A stretch of DNA of 64,000 bases, taken from NCBI RefSeq assembly GCF_009914755.1, contig NC_060928.1, one strand, 5' to 3'. This document shows positions 57,030-64,000 of the stretch, piece after piece. How positions within the stretch are numbered: position 1 is the first letter of the stretch; every line of letters begins with the position of its first letter. The notes under the pieces were generated by a model. That model did no database searches and was not told where the DNA came from. It saw only the letters and a program-made list of their open reading frames with translations. The position numbers were made by a program, and so were the translations under genes. The stretch is from the human T2T-CHM13v2.0 reference genome, Homo sapiens.

Positions 57030-58419
57030 TGAGAGGGGACAGTGTGCTGGCAGCCCTCACAGCCCTCGCTCACTCTCCGCACCTCTTCAGCCTTGGCGCC
57101 CACACTGGTCGTGCTTGAGGAGCCCTTCAGCCTGCCGCTGCACTGTGGGAGCCCCTTTCTGGGCTGGCCAAGGCTGGAGCCGGCTCCCTCAGCTTGCAGC
57201 AAGGTGTGGAGGGAGAGGCGCGGGCGGGAACCGGGGCTGCCCACGGTGCTTGCGGGCCAGCGCAAGTTCCAGGTGGGCGTGGGCTTGGTGGGCCCCCGCA
57301 CTCCGAGCGGGAAGGCCAACCCTGCAGGCCCTGGGCAGTGAGGGGCTTAGCACCTGGGCCAGCAGCTTCTGTGCTCCACTTCCCGCTGGGCCTTAGCTGC
57401 CGCCCTGCCAGGCAGGGCTTGGGACCTGCAGCCTGCCATGCGTGAGCCTCCCCCATGCCATGGGCTCCTGCGCAGCCTGAGCCTCCCCAAGGAGCGCCGC
57501 CCCCTGTTCCACGGTGCACAGTCCCATCGACCACCAAACAACTGAGAAGCATAGGCACACGGGCGGGACTGGCAGGCAGCTCCACCTGCTGCCCCAGTGC
57601 GGGAGCCACTGGGTGAAGCCAGCTGGGCTCCTGAGTCTGGTGGAGACTTGGAGAACCTTTATGTCTAGCTAAGAGATTGTAAACACACCAATCAGCACCC
57701 TGTGTCTAGCTCAGGGTTTGTGAATGCACCAATCGACACTCTGTATCTAGCTACTCTGGTGGGGACTTGGAGAACCTTTATGTCTAGCTAAGGGATTGTA
57801 AGTACACCAATCAGCACTCTGTATCTAGCTCAAGGTTTGTAAACACACCAATCAGCACCCTGTGTCTAGCTCAGGGTTTGTGAATGCACCAATCGACACT
57901 CTGTATCTAGCTACTGTAGTGGGGACGTGGAGAACTTCTGTGTCTAGCTCAGGGATTGTAAACGCACCAATCAGCACCCTGTCAAAATGGACCAATCAGC
58001 TCTCTGTAAAACAGACCAATCGGCTCTCTGTAAAATGGACCAATCAGCAGGATGTGGGTGGGGGCCAGATAAGGGAATAAAAGCAGGTTGCCCGAGCCAG
58101 CAGTGACAACCCACTTGGGTCCCCTTCCACAGTGTGGGAGCTTTGTTCTTTTGGTATTTGCAATAAATCCTCCTGCTGCTCAGTCTTTGGGTCGACTTTG
58201 CATTTATGAGCTGACACACTCACCACGAAGGTCTGCTTTTTCACTCCTGATCCAACGAGACTACGAACCCACCAGGAGAAAGAAACTCTGAGCACATCCC
58301 AACGTCAGAAGGAACGAACTCTGGACACGCCGCTTTTAAGAACTGTAACACTCACTGCGAGGGTCCGCGGCTTCATTCTTGAAGTCAGTGAGACCAAGAA
58401 CCCTCCAATTCCGGACACA
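57030..58419 (+). mobile_element. Solo LTR12 (ERV9 family)
   Basis: TGAGAGG...GACAG...GCTGGCAG start, CCAATTCCGGACACA end, 4-bp TSD GTAT, internal tandem CCAAT repeats. Confidence 0.97.
57650..58050 (+). repeat. LTR12 U3 tandem enhancer repeats with nine CCAAT boxes
   Basis: Recurring tgt(g/a)tctagct...caccaatc(a/g) units; AATAAAA promoter motif at about 58076. Confidence 0.9.
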
Positions 58420-61400
58420 GTATGTCCTCCTTACTATGCTCAATTGACTGAGTTGACAATTGCTTGATGCATGCTTCATTTTATCTTGTGGGTCATATAT
58501 ACATTATTAAATAATATCAGTTTCAAATTAGACTCAGCAGCAATTAAAAATTATATTAACATAACCATTTTAAATATAATTTCAAGAAGCCATGCATTTT
58601 GTTGACAGCTAGTATTTACCATACTATTTGCAGGTATATAAAAATGACTAGAGAAGTTTTATTCTTTCTCTGGTGGTTCCATGTGTTTTATATTATTGGT
58701 TGTGTAAGTTCTCTAAAGCTGGGAGCCATTTGTGTTTAGTGCTCTATAAAGGAAGGAACTGAGACCGGCAATAGAAATTTATTCTTCAACTTAGCTCTGC
58801 CACAAATTAACTGGAAGAGCTTGGACATCTTATTGGGGTTTGACCTGATAAATTGTAAAGTTTCTCAGCAATGAGATCTGGGTTTTCGGCTGCTTCCCCT
58901 CTAACTCGGTTTCCGAATTGGATATGTTTAGGACTGAACTGTCTGTTCAGACTGTAAATGTTATCATGTAGAACTCTGTTCTTTCACCATAATTCCCCAG
59001 GCCTCTGTAAACTCCTTTTAGAAAGAAAGGTGTATAGATATGAATAAGAGAAAGTCTTCTCTTAGAACACACAGTCAAACATGCTGGTGTAAGGTCTTTT
59101 AACATCATTCCACTCTGGGGTAGAAAGAATAAATGAGATTATTTTACCTTAGAGGTAATCAAAAACATTAAACTCTCCTATGAGGTTTAAATCTTACCTT
59201 CAGCTTGACTCTCCCAAGATAGAGCATACTCCCACCAATCTCTGATACAGAAGCTCACTTCTTTCCTAAGACTTTTATTCTTTCTCAGAATAAATTCTTT
59301 TCAAATGAAAAGAGAAAGAGAAGGAAAAAAACCAAACAATTGTAAACACAAACTTGACAACAAACCAAGACAAAGATAGAAATGTATACACAAAGACGTA
59401 AGAAGTTGGAATAAATTGCTGCTAAGGCAGTATCCAAATATAAGGTTTTATAAAATACATAAACTTACTCATTAGTTTTAACCATGTTGGCTGACCAGCT
59501 GCTAAATTAATTATAAATTAAGACATTTGATTAAAAGCCCACTAAATTGGGAAACGATGGTAATAGCCCTTATAATAACTGACCTTAAGGTGCGCTTAAA
59601 TATTTCCACAATAAGCCACACATTCAGTAGTAAGGCGCTCATTCAAAAAGCATATGATCTTGTGTCTATCAGGTTTGTTAAGACTATTTTCCACGTATCT
59701 TGAGTAGAAGAAATGAGAACACTATTGTCAACAGCAACAAAATGAGCAGACTGCTGAATGCCACGAAAGATGGTTTGTTTTGTCTTCAAAATACAATTGA
59801 GGGCAAAAGAAAGGGCACTTGAGAAATGACATGCATATTTTTAGCAGAAGTTATGACCACTCATATGATTTAACAGAAAATATGTCACATCTACATAATA
59901 GCTTCATACTTGCTATTGGGCTAATTGAACTATGTACTTTTGATGCATTCCCTATTCATCTTAAAGTGTGGGTAACAGATGATGGAAGTCAACAGTCACG
60001 GCAGTTGGACACACTGGATATCTTTCTTCTATGACTCTGAGTCAGTCTTCTCAGTGGATTACTAAACACATTCCAGAAATCTCGTAAGTTACTACTGGAG
60101 AGTAGTTTAAAATGGTTTAAAATGGATATAATTAAATATGAGTAAACCTACCGCAGAGCTTGATGTCATCTTTAGGCTAATTAACACAAACTATTTACAA
60201 CAGACTTTTATAAAGATTGCTTATATGTTACTACAAGTTCATAGACCTTCCCATCACAGAAGTGACCACCTCCCCAACATATTCATACAGAGAAAGGAGA
60301 TATCTGCATTGTAACTGGTCTAGGTAAGGTAGATCTAGTAACTGTGGTTGTAAACTTTAACCAGAGCCAGCCTAAGATCTGGGAATCTTTAATGAATTTC
60401 ATTATTGTAAAGGTTTACCAGTAGATACCTGTGGGTTTAGAAGTACTGTGATTTGGAGCAATAACTTCCAATATTTAAGATCTGATTGCCTCAACTAGGT
60501 TGTTTTTAAAAATTGCAGTGTTACCAGCTGCTCTCCATGGTGAGGGAAGAGAGATTATTCATTCCCCAAATTGTCTTTCATTTCAGGTCTGATAGACTGT
60601 TACTAAATTCTTAAAAATAAGGCTCCTTTTCTTGCTGCCTCCTAAGTTGCTCTTAACTCAGACACTAATTTTCTGTATAAGACTTTCCATGCAATGTGAA
60701 CTAAATAGAAGACCTATGAAAGGATAAGACATTTCTGGATAATTTGTTCTATCTTTGCATTCATATTCAATGCCAGGTACTGTACTGAGTGCTTTCATCT
60801 TCTCTCTTCAATTCTCATGACAATGGCATGTGTATGAGTAATTTCCTCTCTTTTAGGTTGAAGAGACGGAGGTCGAATAATTGTATAAATTCCCATGGTT
60901 CACAAGGCAAAGCTCAGAATCAATTATTCTCTTCTGTCTTTTAGTTCAGTGTTAGAAGAACGGTTATTAATCACTAAGTTTTAGTTTATACAGTATGTTC
61001 ATCTTTGATATGTACATTCATAGTATATTACATGGTTCAAAACCTAAATTTTTCCTCCTCTATTGAGACAGATATGAGGGTGCTCCAGGTTTAGAAAAGA
61101 AGAGCAAATGGTCAGATGTAAGTTTGGTTCACTGAGCCAAAACAAGAAAAGTGTATGAATTTATGTGCTGGTATAAATGAATGTTACACCAAGCACTGAG
61201 GAATTACTTGACCAAATGAGAGGTTGGTTACGGAATTCAGACATTGAGTTGACTGCTTTAGTCACTCTATACTTCTAGAGGTGCCCGCTGATCTTTGGCA
61301 TTTTTAATCCTTCTTACTTGTCCATTCTGATCTTTGAAAAATAACACAGAATTTTTTCCCTTAGTTACACATAGAGTTATGTCTGATGTACTTCCATATT

Positions 61401-62599
61401 AGGGATTGAAATCAACTTTGATGATCTTTTTCTTTCTTGACATCAGAGATTCAGAAAACAAATTGCAGAAATCAGTTGTCAGTAAACCCAGGTTCCAAAT
61501 TCTGTCATCGAGATACCTTAGTGTCATTATAATTTGAGCTGATAATAGTTTAGGAGTGGTTGAGAATATTTCCCTTTTTCTTACCTGTCAAGATTCAGTT
61601 GATACATCACAGATCCCTAAAGCTATGTAGGGAACTCTCCCCTTAATTCCATCCACTTCATTTCTAAGCATCTGTAATAGTCACGGCTGGGTTCAGTGAG
61701 AGTTCTGCTTGCTAGAAGTGTGAGATCATGCCCTAAGTAATTACAGTGAGCATGCAGTGAAAATATGTGGTGAATATAATGTCAGGAAATCATGCAAATT
61801 TTATTATCATCAGTGAAGTGGTGGCTGGTGGAGAACTTGTCAGTATTTGCAACTAGAAGCCTCTAATTACTTTGATTTACATGTAGTACCATTCATAACC
61901 TTGCTTCCCTGCTGTTCCTGACAGCACTTTTGCATTTTACAAGAAAGGAATAATGCCATGTAAATAATTTAAAAACAATAAATCATTTAGAGTGGCTTTA
62001 AACCAAAACCTAATGCAGTAGCTGGCTGAGTATTTGCTACACTTGACAGGTAGCTGGCATGCAAGAATTCATCTGTGTCTAAGAGGTATTTACTTTTAAA
62101 TTCAGAAATCCCAAACAGGCAGACTGAAGAAAAATGAGATCTAAGCCTTCTCCATGCTGAATAGTCCATTTCACCTTATTGAGGTGAAATGGGAAACAGG
62201 GAAATTAAATTCTACATGGGATAATTCTACTTCAAACACAGATTTGCTGAGTTATGCTAGGTAAATGACTAATTAAGGCTGATTCTGGAGCAGAGCTGGC
62301 TGAGTGTTGGAGGAATATACAAACATGCCGGAGGCGCCAACCCCACCCACGCAAGAGCTGAGGGAGAGACTGGAGAGGTTGGGAGCAGGAAGAGAGAACA
62401 GGGCCGATATATAACCAGTTTAGGAAAGGCGACACTCATTTCTCTCTGGTCATTTCTAATCACACAAGACAAGGCAGATAATGAAAATGAAAAATCCATT
62501 GAAAAACTCCTACTTTCAAAAAAAAGGTAGGATGACTTCCTTTAGCTAGAGGGAGAACCGGGGCTGGCAAGCTGCCTCCGGACAGTTGCGTTCCATGGG

Positions 62600-62770
62600 T
62601 GCCAAGCATGTCATTATCTCTTTTAATCCTCCCAACAATTCTCTGAGGTAGGTATGATTATCCCCTTTTATAGATAAGGACAAAACCTGAGCTAGATTAA
62701 GTAATTTGCCTGAGATCACCAGCTAGGAAGTGACTGTAAGGATTAAGTCTGAATCTGTCTGACTCATGCA
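62600..62770 (-). mobile_element. MIR
   Basis: ttaatcctcccaacaattctctgaggtaggtatgattatcccc...ttaagtaatttgcctgagatcac. Confidence 0.8.
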
Positions 62771-63237
62771 GCTCTCTCTCTTCATCCCCTGCTTTGCCCT
62801 CTCTTCCAACCCGATTTCTTTCTTAACTCAATCTATAAATTCACTTACATCTGTGACATATTTTTAAGATAGTCCTATGAACATTCAGAATGATGGTGTC
62901 CCTGGGGTAAAAAGGGATTATAAAATCACCTAGTTGGGCTACATCTGAAACATCCCCTCTTTACCCTCCAGAAAGGCTCTCCTAGTTTATTCTGCCTGAA
63001 TACGCTCGTGATAGGGCAATAGGCACACATGCAGCGTGTCTGACATAGGTGACAGCTCCATTTCTTCTTCAACATTGCTCCTACCCCCTAGGGTTCTTCT
63101 TCCCGAGTTCCCAGGCACCTTATTTCCCTTAGTATGTCCTTCTCTTTCAGGGGAAACCTTGCCAGGTCTGTTAAAATCCAAAAGTGTTTGTTTCTTTCTT
63201 CCAAAATACCAACATTCACATATGTATGTCCCTAGAG

Positions 63238-63304
63238 CAGTGGTTCTCCAACTTTCATCTGCATAAGAACCACCTGAAAGGCTTGTTAAAACACAGATTG
63301 CTGT
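63238..63304. mobile_element. MER5A-like fragment
   Basis: cagtggttctccaacttt...gcttgttaaaacacagattgctg. Confidence 0.7.
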
Positions 63305-63311
63305 CTTGTGA

Positions 63312-63812
<501 letters not shown>

Positions 63813-64000
63813 TAAGCTTATCCTGACATTCCCCAGACTTTAGGTTTCAGTTCTCATTTATCAGCAGGAGTTTCCTTGGATTCATGAATTTAGAAGGAAG
63901 AAAATTAGGAGAATATTTTACCCATTTATTTATACTGTGTGAAGAAGCAAAATGTAACATACTTGCTACCCAAGTCTACATGGCATGGACAAGAGACATT

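Noticed and set aside
57650-58050. Repeat array superficially like a CRISPR repeat-spacer array
   Set aside because: Normal LTR12 U3 tandem repeats; no unique spacers, eukaryotic context
57011-58295. Several 80-160 aa ORFs in the GC-rich LTR
   Set aside because: Spurious ORFs within LTR12

Overview
Primate (almost certainly human, chr4q21) genomic DNA containing the complete + strand FGF5 gene. It has a CpG-island/TATA promoter at about 20.0-21.1 kb and three coding exons (21201-21555, 29288-29391, 40704-41051; 807 nt = 268 aa + stop). A 38-codon upstream ORF ends on the FGF5 start codon (ATGA overlap), skipping exon 2 gives the 123-aa FGF5S isoform, and the AU-rich 3' UTR is long. The flanks and introns carry typical interspersed repeats: about 16 Alus, L1 3' fragments, L2, MIR, MaLR LTRs, a solo LTR12 and DNA-transposon relics. 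The most unusual structure is in intron 1: a 132/133-bp inverted repeat (93% identical, 57-bp perfect core) that I do not recognise as a transposon. Its 617-bp CpG-rich loop contains a candidate 85-nt stop-codon (poison) exon, and a branch-point-like motif lies inside the left arm, suggesting an RNA-structure-controlled splicing/NMD switch. Other oddities: a 20-nt retro-inserted fragment with poly(A) and a 16-bp TSD, a near-perfect 65-bp tandem duplication starting at a hairpin, and an antisense L1 that may supply the distal poly(A) signal. Repeat subfamily names are by-eye recognition and approximate; no searches were run.
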